IMG/VR virus record: IMGVR_UViG_3300001336_000007
Location: 1-57,506 of that record
Length of the DNA: 57,506 nucleotides
Strand: one strand, 5' to 3'
From: a virus
Taxonomy: Duplodnaviria > Caudoviricetes
Shown: one piece after another, positions 9,455 to 18,493 of the stretch
Layout of the letters: every line of letters begins with the position of its first letter
Position numbering within the stretch: the first letter of the stretch is position 1
Translations under genes and position numbers: made by a program
Notes under the pieces: model-generated
Seen by the model: the letters and a program-made list of their open reading frames with translations, nothing else
Databases searched by the model: none
What the model was told of the DNA's origin: nothing

Positions 9455-11895
9455 GCCAATCAAGAGAAATAGCCAGCTTTTACGGGCAAGGAAAAGAAGT
9501 AAAGAACGGCGCAGGCTGGCTCACTCTCTGCCCGGTCCACGCGAACGAGAAGACACCTGCCCTTGCGGTCACCGACAACTCAACCGGAGACGTCGATGTG
9601 TATTGCCATGCTGGCTGTAACTGGAAAGAGATCAAGGACCGGTTCCGCGCCGACGGTGTTCTCCCTGAATGGGTACCGGAGAAAAGGAACGGCACGAAAA
9701 CGACCAGTCACACGCCACCACCACAAGAAACAAAGGAAGAAAAAGAGTCTTTCGTATGGACAAAGGCCAGTGTCGACCATGACGACTATATCAAAAAGTA
9801 TCTGGCCGGCAGAGCAATCAACCTGGATACTCTTCCTATCTGTCTCCGCTGGAACAGCTACAAGGATAAAATCACCGGCGACACGAATCATATGGTGGTG
9901 GCCGCAGCATCTCAGCCAAGCGATACCGCAGTCTATGCCGTGCAACGCCTGTTCATCGATATAGATGATTTCACCAAAGCAGGCGCCAAGATGCTTGGCA
10001 ACTGCGACGGCCGAGGTATCTGGTTCGACAGCAAGGGCGATAAGACCGAGATCGTCATAGGTGAAGGAATAGAAACTGTCATCTCTGCGATCCAGGCCAC
10101 CAGGAAAAACGGAGTGGCGGCACTGTCGACGGCCGGAATGAAAAACCTGATTCTCCCGGAGGAAACCACCACCATATATATATGTGCTGATTCGGACCCG
10201 GTAAGAGAAAAAGAACAAGCATCCATGCCCGGACAGAAGGCTGCATATGTCCTGGCCGAACGTTTTGAGGCCGAAAAACAGGGGGGCAAGGCATACATAG
10301 TGTCGCCTGACGACAGTTGTTTCACCACGGCCCCTTTAAAGCTCGACTTCAACGACCTGCTCAAAGAGGATCCTTCAGGGGAAACTATCCGGGCTCGGTT
10401 TGAAAAAGCAATCAGCTTCAAGGATATGACCTGGAAACCGGCTGAAGAAGTGGCCGGTGAAGAGACGACAGAGAGCAAAGAGAACGATCTATCAGCAGAG
10501 GCCGCCATGTTCAACAGGTTCGTCTTCCTGGCCTCTGAAAACAAGATCATCGATACAGTAGGCCATGATATCAAGGATTCGGTAATGATCGAACGGGCTT
10601 TCACGCTCTCACAGTCTGGACCGATGCACTATTACAAGGATGAAAACGGCAAGGACAAGGCAATCCCATTGTCGCAGCACTGGCTATTCTCCGATAACAA
10701 AAAAGTTGCCTCGTCACTCAGGTACGCACCGGGGAAACCAATATTTTTTGATAACGGCGACGGGCGCAGCTACTACAACACATTCAGGTTTCCTTATCAA
10801 CTGTCCGAACCAATACCCACAGACGAGCAAAACGAAAGATTGGGCCTATGGCATAAGATCATGGACAGAGTTTTTCACGAACACCGGTCTTACATCGAGG
10901 ATTGGTTTGCCTACTCAATACAGTACCCGGAGAAACGAACGGGAATAATGCCGGTCTGTATATCCGACGTCGGGCTCGGGAAATCATTAATCATGGCAGC
11001 AATAAGCAGGGTAATAGGCAGACAGAATTTTTCCAACGCAAAAATACTGGACGTTACCGGGCTCGGTAAATCAGGGGTGCAATGGGGGGATTGGATCTAT
11101 AACAAGAAAATATCCTGTATCGAGGAAATCGACCCGGAAGGCGACAATGGCATATCTTACAAGATCCTGGACGCCCTGAAGGATATCATCACCAATGAAA
11201 CCTTATCCCTGAACCTAAAGGGTGGGAGGAATGGAACGTTTCAGGTGTTTTCCAACATCATTGGATTTTCCAACCATAAGAACTGTGTGAAAATCCCCTT
11301 CGGCGATAGGCGGCTTTACATTATCGATTCTACCGGGCAGAAAAATCTCAGCAAAGAGGAATACGGGGCGCTTTGGGATTGGGTCACTGTCGAGAGAAAC
11401 AGCGAGGCCGTTTATCAATACCTGCTTAATCGTGAAATAAGCGATGAATTCCAGCCTGGCCAGGCGAAGATGACCGACGAGAAAAAAAGTATGCAGGCCG
11501 ATGGCAGGAGTGTAATGCAAATGGCCTTTGATTTAATGATAGAACAATTCCCTTGCGACCTGATGACAAACGGCGAGATACAATTAGCAGTTGCCCAGGC
11601 TCTCGCCCATATTGAACCAGATAACGACGACTACGGACAACGAAACTGGAATGCCGACAAACAATTCCAATATATATTGAAGAACTCCACGGCACTCGTC
11701 GCCAAGGGGAAAAGAATACGGGTTCGCCGGGAAGGAGGGGAGCGGTTGCAGCCGTCAATGATTCGCGCAATTCGCAATTCCCAGGACTGGAATAGCTCCA
11801 CAAGTGACGAAATCAGAGCGGCAATGTCGGTGGTTATTCCAAACAAGTGGATCACGGAAAAAGAAGACGGTCCTGAAGATTTCATCCTTTTTTAG
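9451..11895 (+). CDS. Primase-helicase (Zn finger + TOPRIM + SF3/DUF5906-like NTPase)
   Basis: CPVH...CHAGC zinc finger; IGEGIET and ICADSD TOPRIM motifs; DFND; GLGKS Walker A; FSNH and DRR motifs. Confidence 0.88.
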   Translation: MSQSREIASFYGQGKEVKNGAGWLTLCPVHANEKTPALAVTDNSTGDVDVYCHAGCNWKEIKDRFRADGVLPEWVPEKRNGTKTTSHTPPPQETKEEKESFVWTKASVDHDDYIKKYLAGRAINLDTLPICLRWNSYKDKITGDTNHMVVAAASQPSDTAVYAVQRLFIDIDDFTKAGAKMLGNCDGRGIWFDSKGDKTEIVIGEGIETVISAIQATRKNGVAALSTAGMKNLILPEETTTIYICADSDPVREKEQASMPGQKAAYVLAERFEAEKQGGKAYIVSPDDSCFTTAPLKLDFNDLLKEDPSGETIRARFEKAISFKDMTWKPAEEVAGEETTESKENDLSAEAAMFNRFVFLASENKIIDTVGHDIKDSVMIERAFTLSQSGPMHYYKDENGKDKAIPLSQHWLFSDNKKVASSLRYAPGKPIFFDNGDGRSYYNTFRFPYQLSEPIPTDEQNERLGLWHKIMDRVFHEHRSYIEDWFAYSIQYPEKRTGIMPVCISDVGLGKSLIMAAISRVIGRQNFSNAKILDVTGLGKSGVQWGDWIYNKKISCIEEIDPEGDNGISYKILDALKDIITNETLSLNLKGGRNGTFQVFSNIIGFSNHKNCVKIPFGDRRLYIIDSTGQKNLSKEEYGALWDWVTVERNSEAVYQYLLNREISDEFQPGQAKMTDEKKSMQADGRSVMQMAFDLMIEQFPCDLMTNGEIQLAVAQALAHIEPDNDDYGQRNWNADKQFQYILKNSTALVAKGKRIRVRREGGERLQPSMIRAIRNSQDWNSSTSDEIRAAMSVVIPNKWITEKEDGPEDFILF

Positions 11896-12190
11896 TGGAG
11901 CGGAATAATAATGCACACTCTAAGGCACGAGAGCACACTTTCAAAAAACGATTGTGACTTAAAGTGTGCTCTCTGTGCGCTCCAAAATTAATATGAAACT
12001 CAGCTACGAGCCCCTATTTATAAGGGCACGACGCAAAAGTGTGTCTTAGGTCTTATATTTCTCTATTAGTATGTAATAAAAAGAATATAGGCCTAGACAC
12101 AGGAATAAGCCTTGTTTACGTCTTCCATGATCCGCGCTGGCAATTTGAGTATCAGACACACAGCGCATACTTTGTTGTTAGGAATCATTC
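11896..12190. other. Non-coding region with long inverted repeats; candidate replication origin
   Basis: GAGAGCACACTTT (11929-41)/AAAGTGTGCTCTC (11961-73); second imperfect IR 12041-12100; AT-rich; directly after the primase-helicase gene. Confidence 0.45.
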
Positions 12191-12202
12191 AAGGGTGATA
12201 AA

Positions 12203-12676
12203 ATGGCGGTAATGTCCTTCGCACATTTAAAAAACAAAAAGCAGAAACAAGAGATCCTTGCAGAGCAAATAGCCCCTTCACCTTCACGGGCTGTTGTTGC
12301 TCCTGAGATCATCCAGCAGGCCACCAGGCCAGCAGTTCAAAAAGGGGGAATACTCAGCTTCGCCCACATGAAAAAATCGAAGCAGGGGGCAATGCCGGCA
12401 ATACCTGAAACAGTCATCGAAACAAAAAAGGAATCTTCCAGGGATGCAATCTTCAGAATACCCGCTGTGATGCCAACAGCTCGCCTCCAGGCAACAAACT
12501 ACTGCCAAGGGTGTGGAAGGTTCCTTCCATCTGGAAATGACGAGAAGGGGCTAGGAAACGCATATGGCCGATGTCTTCGCAAAGGTGAGATCGATTCAGA
12601 GACGGAAACCGAAGTTTGGAAAGTAATACCAGCGGCAGCCACGGTGGCCAGGTGCTGGTTCAATATCAAAAAGTAA
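12203..12676 (+). CDS. Hypothetical protein with a duplicated SFAH motif and Cys-rich C-terminus
   Basis: MSFAHLKNKKQ / LSFAHMKKSKQ; CxxC...C...C. Confidence 0.7.
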   Translation: MAVMSFAHLKNKKQKQEILAEQIAPSPSRAVVAPEIIQQATRPAVQKGGILSFAHMKKSKQGAMPAIPETVIETKKESSRDAIFRIPAVMPTARLQATNYCQGCGRFLPSGNDEKGLGNAYGRCLRKGEIDSETETEVWKVIPAAATVARCWFNIKK

Positions 12677-12689
12677 AAGGATAACGACC

Positions 12690-12902
12690 ATGGAAGAAGA
12701 AAAGCCAGATGTGGAGGACGGATTGCGACACCTGATAAAATCTGAAGACGATAACATTTACCTGTTTATCTCCGAACCAGGAAAACACGAAGTGACGATC
12801 CCCGACGAAAACAGGCGGGAGAACGAGAGGGAGAGACGGCACATGGACGCGGTAATGCGGCGGCTGTCGGAGCTACACGGACATTTTGACATGGAGGCGT
12901 GA
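12690..12902 (+). CDS. Hypothetical protein
   Basis: AAGGA RBS; coupled to the next ORF. Confidence 0.6.
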   Translation: MEEEKPDVEDGLRHLIKSEDDNIYLFISEPGKHEVTIPDENRRENERERRHMDAVMRRLSELHGHFDMEA

Positions 12903-13162
12903 GAGTGAGAGCAGCAAGGAGACACCATAGGCGCAGGATGATCAGCAAGGTCCGCTGGTATCACGGGGGAGACAGGGTTTACGCCGACGCCGGCCACGCG
13001 ATTGTCACCGAAAACAGCACGGATATTTGTGCAAGAATTTCCGCAGCGCGACAATCATGCTCCCGCCCGATGTGCTGTGGAAATCCACGCAGAATCAGGG
13101 GGAGAAAATATATTACCCGGCAGGAAATTTTGGCCGGGGTAACTGGGAGTTATAGGGGGTAA
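12899..13162 (+). CDS. Small basic phage protein (CSxxxCCGNPRR motif)
   Basis: GGAGG RBS before GTG; motif seen in phage accessory proteins. Confidence 0.6.
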   Translation: MRVRAARRHHRRRMISKVRWYHGGDRVYADAGHAIVTENSTDICARISAARQSCSRPMCCGNPRRIRGRKYITRQEILAGVTGSYRG

Positions 13163-13163
13163 G

Positions 13164-13661
13164 ATGAGTAAAGAATCGGACCAGGCAATAACCATGCTGT
13201 CAATCATAATGGGCGGCATGCTGACAATGACGATATCAAAATCATTCGCCAAAATCGAACTTAAAAAGGCCATTGAGCAGTCAGGAGTAGCAGCAAAGAG
13301 AGCGCGTGATAATTGGCCAATACGATATAATAAACCGTGGATAAAAGAGCGGTATAAACAATTCGTCGAGGTCGTCAATCCACCGGACCGGACGGACGAA
13401 TACACGCCAATCGAAATGACGCTTGTAGCGGAACGGCTGGCAATCGATTTGCAGGATATGTATCCCTTCGGGCTGCGTGGCGAACTGGTAAAACCGATTC
13501 TGCCGGGTATCAAGGTGTTGCTCGAACACATGGACCCCAATGGCACGAATTATGGAGCGATGGATGCCGCAAGCGAGAACATGGATAAGCTGTATGAGAT
13601 TTTGGGGATACAGGAAGAGCAGTTTGGTAAGGTTCGGACGGTGGGATTGGAGACGGTATGA
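13164..13661 (+). CDS. Hypothetical protein
   Basis: GGGGGT RBS; 165 aa. Confidence 0.7.
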   Translation: MSKESDQAITMLSIIMGGMLTMTISKSFAKIELKKAIEQSGVAAKRARDNWPIRYNKPWIKERYKQFVEVVNPPDRTDEYTPIEMTLVAERLAIDLQDMYPFGLRGELVKPILPGIKVLLEHMDPNGTNYGAMDAASENMDKLYEILGIQEEQFGKVRTVGLETV

Positions 13662-13959
13662 ATTGATAAGAAAGTAAGTATCAACCACAGGTAAATATAT
13701 GAACGATTATGATTGGACTGGAAATATTAAAGAGCTGGAGAAGATTGCAAATAGCTGGAAGACTGAACCTCTTGCCGTTGGAGTTCTGCAACTTGCCCAA
13801 GAAATTCTATACTTACACGGTTGTGTCAAGCGTGGTCGTGGTGAAGACATATACCCAAATCAACCCGGCAGAAACGTTTTTGAATACATCAAAGAGCTCG
13901 AAGCGAAATTGAACACCAAGATTGGCAAGGTTCGGATGGTTGAAGGGGAGACGGTATGA
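13624..13959 (+). repeat. 38-bp imperfect direct repeat (13624-13661 and 13922-13959) bracketing one gene
   Basis: 32/38 identical; encodes GKVRTVGLETV and GKVRMVEGETV. Confidence 0.85.
13699..13959 (+). CDS. Hypothetical protein
   Basis: 86-aa ORF in operon. Confidence 0.6.
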   Translation: MNDYDWTGNIKELEKIANSWKTEPLAVGVLQLAQEILYLHGCVKRGRGEDIYPNQPGRNVFEYIKELEAKLNTKIGKVRMVEGETV

Positions 13960-14219
13960 CAAAAAGTAAAGACATTGACGAGTTCATGGTGTGCGAATGG
14001 TGTGAGGACAAAGCCATCGTTGCAAAGAAAGAGTGTCACACGGAAAGTATTTGTTTTTCAATGCTGTATGACGACACTATAGAAGAAAATCGAAAAGATT
14101 ATGGGAAACTGTCAGTTTATACAAGTGAAGATGTTGGGGAGGTTTTTTTGGTGTATTTGAGCAGAGCAGAGGCGTTAAGGTTTGCCAAGCGGCTTATCGC
14201 ATGTATAGAGGCGTATTAA
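13956..14219 (+). CDS. Hypothetical protein
   Basis: GGAG RBS; ATGA overlap. Confidence 0.65.
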   Translation: MTKSKDIDEFMVCEWCEDKAIVAKKECHTESICFSMLYDDTIEENRKDYGKLSVYTSEDVGEVFLVYLSRAEALRFAKRLIACIEAY

Positions 14220-14224
14220 CAAGA

Positions 14225-14256
14225 AACCCGGACGTTGGGCGCGTCCGGGTTGGTTT
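14225..14256. terminator. Bidirectional terminator between convergent operons
   Basis: AACCCGGACG-ttgggcg-CGTCCGGGTT. Confidence 0.75.
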
Positions 14257-14259
14257 AGA

Positions 14260-14706
14260 CTACGAAAACCAACTGTACTTGTCTAACTCTTCGCACAGGA
14301 TGTCATGGAGATACGGGGCAGACGCTACGTTTACGCCATATTTTTCAGCCCTGGTTGCTGCAAATCTCGCGGCATCGTCTCTTGTCCTGTCTTCTTCTGC
14401 TGCGATTTCAACGGCGTTGGCAATTATTTCTTTTTCTTCTGCGAGTTTCATTTCAATATCCTCCTTTGGATTAGCGACCGGATTCAATTCACAGTTGTGG
14501 TAAAGATGCCAGGGACGGAAACAATCCGGGCAAAGACCATATACTTCAGCCATGGCCGATTCGATCAGCAGCGCCCTGGAATCCTCTTGGCTGTCCATCC
14601 AGGCTATCAGCCTGGGCGGCAGCTTGATAAGCACCGGGCGCTTTCTCTCGTCTTCTGGAAGGGGCTTTCGGCCTGCTCCTTGTCGGTGTCCTCCGTGGGT
14701 TTTCAT
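14260..14706 (-). CDS. Ribbon-helix-helix-like regulator fused in frame to a small acidic protein that has its own start at 14451
   Basis: HGGHRQGAGRKP...VLIKLPPRLIAWMD RHH pattern; internal AAAGGAGG-N8-ATG. Confidence 0.65.
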   Translation of the reverse strand: MKTHGGHRQGAGRKPLPEDERKRPVLIKLPPRLIAWMDSQEDSRALLIESAMAEVYGLCPDCFRPWHLYHNCELNPVANPKEDIEMKLAEEKEIIANAVEIAAEEDRTRDDAARFAATRAEKYGVNVASAPYLHDILCEELDKYSWFS

Positions 14707-14708
14707 AG

Positions 14709-15107
14709 TTACCACTCCCATTTTGCGTTTGGGTCATTCCAAAAAACAGCGACATGGTGTAAGAGGCTGATTCTTTCAGCGATAGAGAGACCCCTGATAC
14801 GCTCCACAAGATTTGTCGTGTCGAACTGGCTGGCCTCAACGTCACTATATTTTATCCACTCTGAGGCCATCCAATCCATTGACCTGATCTCGTGTAGCGT
14901 ATCAGGTCCGAAAAAATGGCCGTTGTAAGCGGCGCACATTGACAGCCACTCATCGCGGGTAAGGTTGGGCTTGCACTGTTCAACGATAACGCGGTATTTG
15001 TCGGCAATGTCGTTGATGATCGACGAAACTTTTCCTTCCTGACCTTTGAGCTGAAGGAGAAGTGACTCCAGGGATGATCCTACGTAAATGCTTGGTCTTT
15101 TATTCAT
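14709..15107 (-). CDS. Phage protein with RHH-like N-terminus (putative regulator)
   Basis: KRPSIYV...VSSIINDIADKYR, C-terminal LVERIRGLSIAERISLLHHVAVFW; AAGGA RBS. Confidence 0.65.
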   Translation of the reverse strand: MNKRPSIYVGSSLESLLLQLKGQEGKVSSIINDIADKYRVIVEQCKPNLTRDEWLSMCAAYNGHFFGPDTLHEIRSMDWMASEWIKYSDVEASQFDTTNLVERIRGLSIAERISLLHHVAVFWNDPNAKWEW

Positions 15108-15147
15108 CTCACAGTTCCTTTACCCGGATTGCTCCGGGCGGTTTGGA

Positions 15148-15939
15148 TTATATTAACAGAGCGGCGATTTCAGCAACCGGGCGAACCTGGGTAACACAAA
15201 TTTTCTTATTATCGTGCAGATAGCGTCGACCGGAACACTCGCACTCCAGCAGGGAGTATTTTTCGGCGGTCATCCACTCGTCGGCAAAGACTAAACGGGC
15301 ATTCCATGCGACCAATGCTGCCTCAACGCTTGGGAACACGTAGAATCCGCCATCGTGATTGCTGGTTGATGCTTCACGGCGAGCAACGCCGATTGACCAG
15401 GAAGAGTTGTCGAAAACACTGATAAAATCATCGGCAACGGCAACTATTTTGTAGCAGATTTGTTTATCAAGAGATGCGACGGCGGATTGAAGTTTTTTCT
15501 TGCCGATGCATACGGCGATGGCATCTCCTGGATTGATTGCCTGTTTCGCGGCTTTGGCTGCCTTTGATTTAGGAGCTGGCTGAACCCGGACACCTTTACC
15601 ATGGGTTGAGACTATGAAATATTCTTTTGAGGTGGTGCGGACTCCGTATTTGCTTCCTTCGGTCTCCCTGACACAAAGAAGAAGGTGCCTAGCATCGTCG
15701 GAAATGTCGTAAATCTCATGATGTCTTGCGGACCCTTCAGCGCGCCGCTTGCGATCAAAAGAGATATCATCGTAAGCGGCATCTATTTTCTTTGATTTTA
15801 CTGCCAGCTTGATGAGGTGGCATGTTTCGGCGTATAGGTCACAGGCGTATTGAGATGAACAGGTTCCACCGAAAGCGTTTGCTGCCGCTACTGGTTTAAC
15901 GATCTCGCCGTAAGAATTTCTTTGGAATAAATTTTTCAT
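15148..15939 (-). CDS. Hypothetical 263-aa accessory protein, first gene of the leftward operon
   Basis: GGAGG RBS; own promoter. Confidence 0.75.
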   Translation of the reverse strand: MKNLFQRNSYGEIVKPVAAANAFGGTCSSQYACDLYAETCHLIKLAVKSKKIDAAYDDISFDRKRRAEGSARHHEIYDISDDARHLLLCVRETEGSKYGVRTTSKEYFIVSTHGKGVRVQPAPKSKAAKAAKQAINPGDAIAVCIGKKKLQSAVASLDKQICYKIVAVADDFISVFDNSSWSIGVARREASTSNHDGGFYVFPSVEAALVAWNARLVFADEWMTAEKYSLLECECSGRRYLHDNKKICVTQVRPVAEIAALLI

Positions 15940-16017
15940 GGTGTGTCCTCCAGTTCTGCCGCGTCTTTCGACCGGCTATTTCTGTGTCGGATGAGATATT
16001 CATCCTTTGTTGATTAT

Positions 16018-16046
16018 ATAGTAGCACCTAAGTAGCACCATTGCAA
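16018..16046 (-). promoter_or_regulatory. Leftward sigma70 promoter with a direct-repeat operator in the spacer
   Basis: TTGCAA-N17-TACTAT on minus; AGTAGCACC at 16020-28 and 16031-39. Confidence 0.65.
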
Positions 16047-16089
16047 AGGGGAAGTGCACTTTTTTATCACCTATGCAAAATAATTCACC

Positions 16090-16149
16090 GCAACCGAAAA
16101 GTTGCAATGCAACTAAAAAGTTGCACCAAAAACTAAACTTTGGTACAAT
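16090..16149 (+). promoter_or_regulatory. Rightward promoter for the terminase operon with tandem palindromic operators
   Basis: GCAAC-N6-GTTGC at 16090-105 and 16109-124; TTGCAC-N17-TACAAT with extended TG. Confidence 0.65.
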
Positions 16150-16185
16150 ATTGCCTAAACGGTTAATTTTTCTCCGGGGATAAAA

Positions 16186-16371
16186 TTGAAACTAAACGAT
16201 GAAAAAATTATAGAGATAAAACGCGGCATGGAAGATGCTCTATTGCTCATCCTTAAGGCCGGTCGCGTTGGTGAGCATCAGATAAACGTCAAGATCAATT
16301 GCGGCAGTGGTGGCGGGCTAAGCAAGGCTCGTATCGGCGTTTTGATCGACAGTCCTGTGGAGTTTGGCTAA
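16186..16371 (+). CDS. Small 61-aa protein heading the packaging operon
   Basis: GGGGA RBS before TTG; TAATG overlap with terS. Confidence 0.55.
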   Translation: MKLNDEKIIEIKRGMEDALLLILKAGRVGEHQINVKINCGSGGGLSKARIGVLIDSPVEFG

Positions 16372-16991
16372 TGGCCGTGAAGCCTAAAATTGATTGGGAT
16401 GCCATAGAGCCCCATTACCGTGCAGGGATAAGAACGTTTAAAGATCTTGGTGCGGAGTTTGGTGTTTCCGATGCAGGAATAATCAAACACGCAAAGAGGT
16501 TTGGATGGACTAGAAACCTTAAAGGGAAGATCCAGGCGTTAGCAGAAAAAAAAGTTAGTGAGTTGGAAGTTAGCGAAGGGGTTAGTGTTGAGGGAAAGTT
16601 AACCGAATTCGAAAGGGTAGAGTTTGATTCTACTCAAATCGCCAAGATACATTACCGGGAAAGAAAAGACCTGGTTGTCCTCCGTGATAGATTCAGAAGT
16701 ATGGCTGAAGAGTTCGGTATTCTTTGCGACAGCCAGGAGGACTTGGCTAAACTTGGAGAGTTGATGCGGGACAAGGACGCGTCGCTTGACAAACTGAACG
16801 CCGTTTATCAAAAAGTTATTTCCTTTGACGGTCGCGTTGAAAGCGGCAAGAAATTGGTTGAGACAACACGAATGCTTTATGACATGGAGTCCAAGGTATT
16901 CAAACTGCACGACACCCCTGACAACAAAGACCCGCTCGCCCAAATTCTGGACGCTGTAGCATCCAGGCGAAACCCACTCGTTGAGGAATAA
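16371..16991 (+). CDS. terS: Terminase small subunit
   Basis: IDWDAIEPHYRAG...FGVSDAGIIKHAKRFGWTR HTH; immediately upstream of terL. Confidence 0.8.
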   Translation: MAVKPKIDWDAIEPHYRAGIRTFKDLGAEFGVSDAGIIKHAKRFGWTRNLKGKIQALAEKKVSELEVSEGVSVEGKLTEFERVEFDSTQIAKIHYRERKDLVVLRDRFRSMAEEFGILCDSQEDLAKLGELMRDKDASLDKLNAVYQKVISFDGRVESGKKLVETTRMLYDMESKVFKLHDTPDNKDPLAQILDAVASRRNPLVEE

Positions 16992-18493
16992 TGAGCAGGG
17001 CAGAGGTTATAGATAATTTCTCAAATCCCCGGTGGCGCCTGAGTAACCTGTATTACTGCGTCGACGAGGACGCACGCAAGGTTCCCTTCATACCAAACTC
17101 GGCACAGCAGAAGTTCCTTGATGAGATGTGGTATTTCAATCTCATCCTAAAATCGAGGCAGCATGGGTTTACCACTCTCGTTGATATCCTGGCACTCGAC
17201 CAGGCTCTTTTTAACAACGACTGGGCATCTGGGATCTGCGCTCACACCCGCGAGGATGTCGAGAAAATATTCGAGAAGAAGGTCAAGTTTCCCTACGACA
17301 ATTTACCGGACGGCATCAAGACGGCCCGGGCAGCAGATACCGACAGCGCCAAGAAACTGAAATTCTCCAATGGTTCATCAATCGAGGTAGGCACAAGCCT
17401 ACGATCTGGGACATATCAGTTTGTCCATATCTCCGAATTCGGCAAACTCTGTGCAAAGTGGCCGGAAAAAGCCAAGGAGGTTGTTACCGGGACGCTGGAA
17501 ACTGTCCACCCAAAAAATTACGTCATCATTGAATCTACAGCAGAGGGCAAGGAAGGGTATTTTTATAAATACTGCAAGGAAGCTCTCGACCGGCAGAAAG
17601 AGGGGAAGAAGCCGAACGAGCAGCAGTACAAGATCCATTTCTTCGCCTGGTTTGATGACCGACGCAACCAGATTGACCCGCATATGGTCGTTATCACCAA
17701 GGATCTGCGGGAATATTTCGAAAAACTCAACTGCGCCGGGATTGAGTTAAGTGACGAGCAGAAAGCATGGTATGCGGAGAAGCGCAATAAACTAGGCGAT
17801 CTGATAACCCAGGAGCACCCATCAACCCCGGAGGAGGCGTTCGCGTCATCGGTCGAGGGCACGTATTTTCACACGCAAATGGCTATTGTCCGAAGACGTG
17901 GCCAGATACTGCGAGTGCCGCACATTCCAAACATCGCTGTCAATACCGGGTGGGATATCGGCATAAACGACATGGCCACAATCTGGTTTCATCAGCGAGT
18001 AGGCATGGAACACAGGATAATCAATTATATCCAAGATAACGGCGAGGGCTTTGAATATTACGTCGAAAGGATGCAAAAACTTGGCTATCTATGGGGTGAG
18101 CATTACCTCCCCCATGACGCTGATCATCGGCAATTTGCCGTCAAGGGTGGGAAGTCGGTACAGCATCAAATAGAAGACATGGGGCTGAGGAACACATTTA
18201 TCGTGCCCAGGACACCGAGCGACATATCGGCGATCCAAGAATCCAGATCATTTATCCCGCTTTGTTTCTTCGACGAGGAGAATTGCGCCGAGGGAATTAA
18301 GTGTATCGACAATTTCAAGAAAGAATGGGACGACCGCACGGGGACGTTCAAGAACAAATACAAGCACGATTGGTCCTCACACGGCTACAAAGGTTTTGAA
18401 TCACTGTGCCGTGGCCTGATGCTTAACCAGGGGCTGGCGTCGACCGGATCACTCAAGACAAGATCAAGGGCAAAGTCCTGGAGGACAGCATGA
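16991..18493 (+). CDS. terL: Terminase large subunit
   Basis: LKSRQHGFTT Walker A, HISE Walker B, IESTAEG, GWDIG nuclease motif. Confidence 0.95.
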   Translation: MSRAEVIDNFSNPRWRLSNLYYCVDEDARKVPFIPNSAQQKFLDEMWYFNLILKSRQHGFTTLVDILALDQALFNNDWASGICAHTREDVEKIFEKKVKFPYDNLPDGIKTARAADTDSAKKLKFSNGSSIEVGTSLRSGTYQFVHISEFGKLCAKWPEKAKEVVTGTLETVHPKNYVIIESTAEGKEGYFYKYCKEALDRQKEGKKPNEQQYKIHFFAWFDDRRNQIDPHMVVITKDLREYFEKLNCAGIELSDEQKAWYAEKRNKLGDLITQEHPSTPEEAFASSVEGTYFHTQMAIVRRRGQILRVPHIPNIAVNTGWDIGINDMATIWFHQRVGMEHRIINYIQDNGEGFEYYVERMQKLGYLWGEHYLPHDADHRQFAVKGGKSVQHQIEDMGLRNTFIVPRTPSDISAIQESRSFIPLCFFDEENCAEGIKCIDNFKKEWDDRTGTFKNKYKHDWSSHGYKGFESLCRGLMLNQGLASTGSLKTRSRAKSWRTA

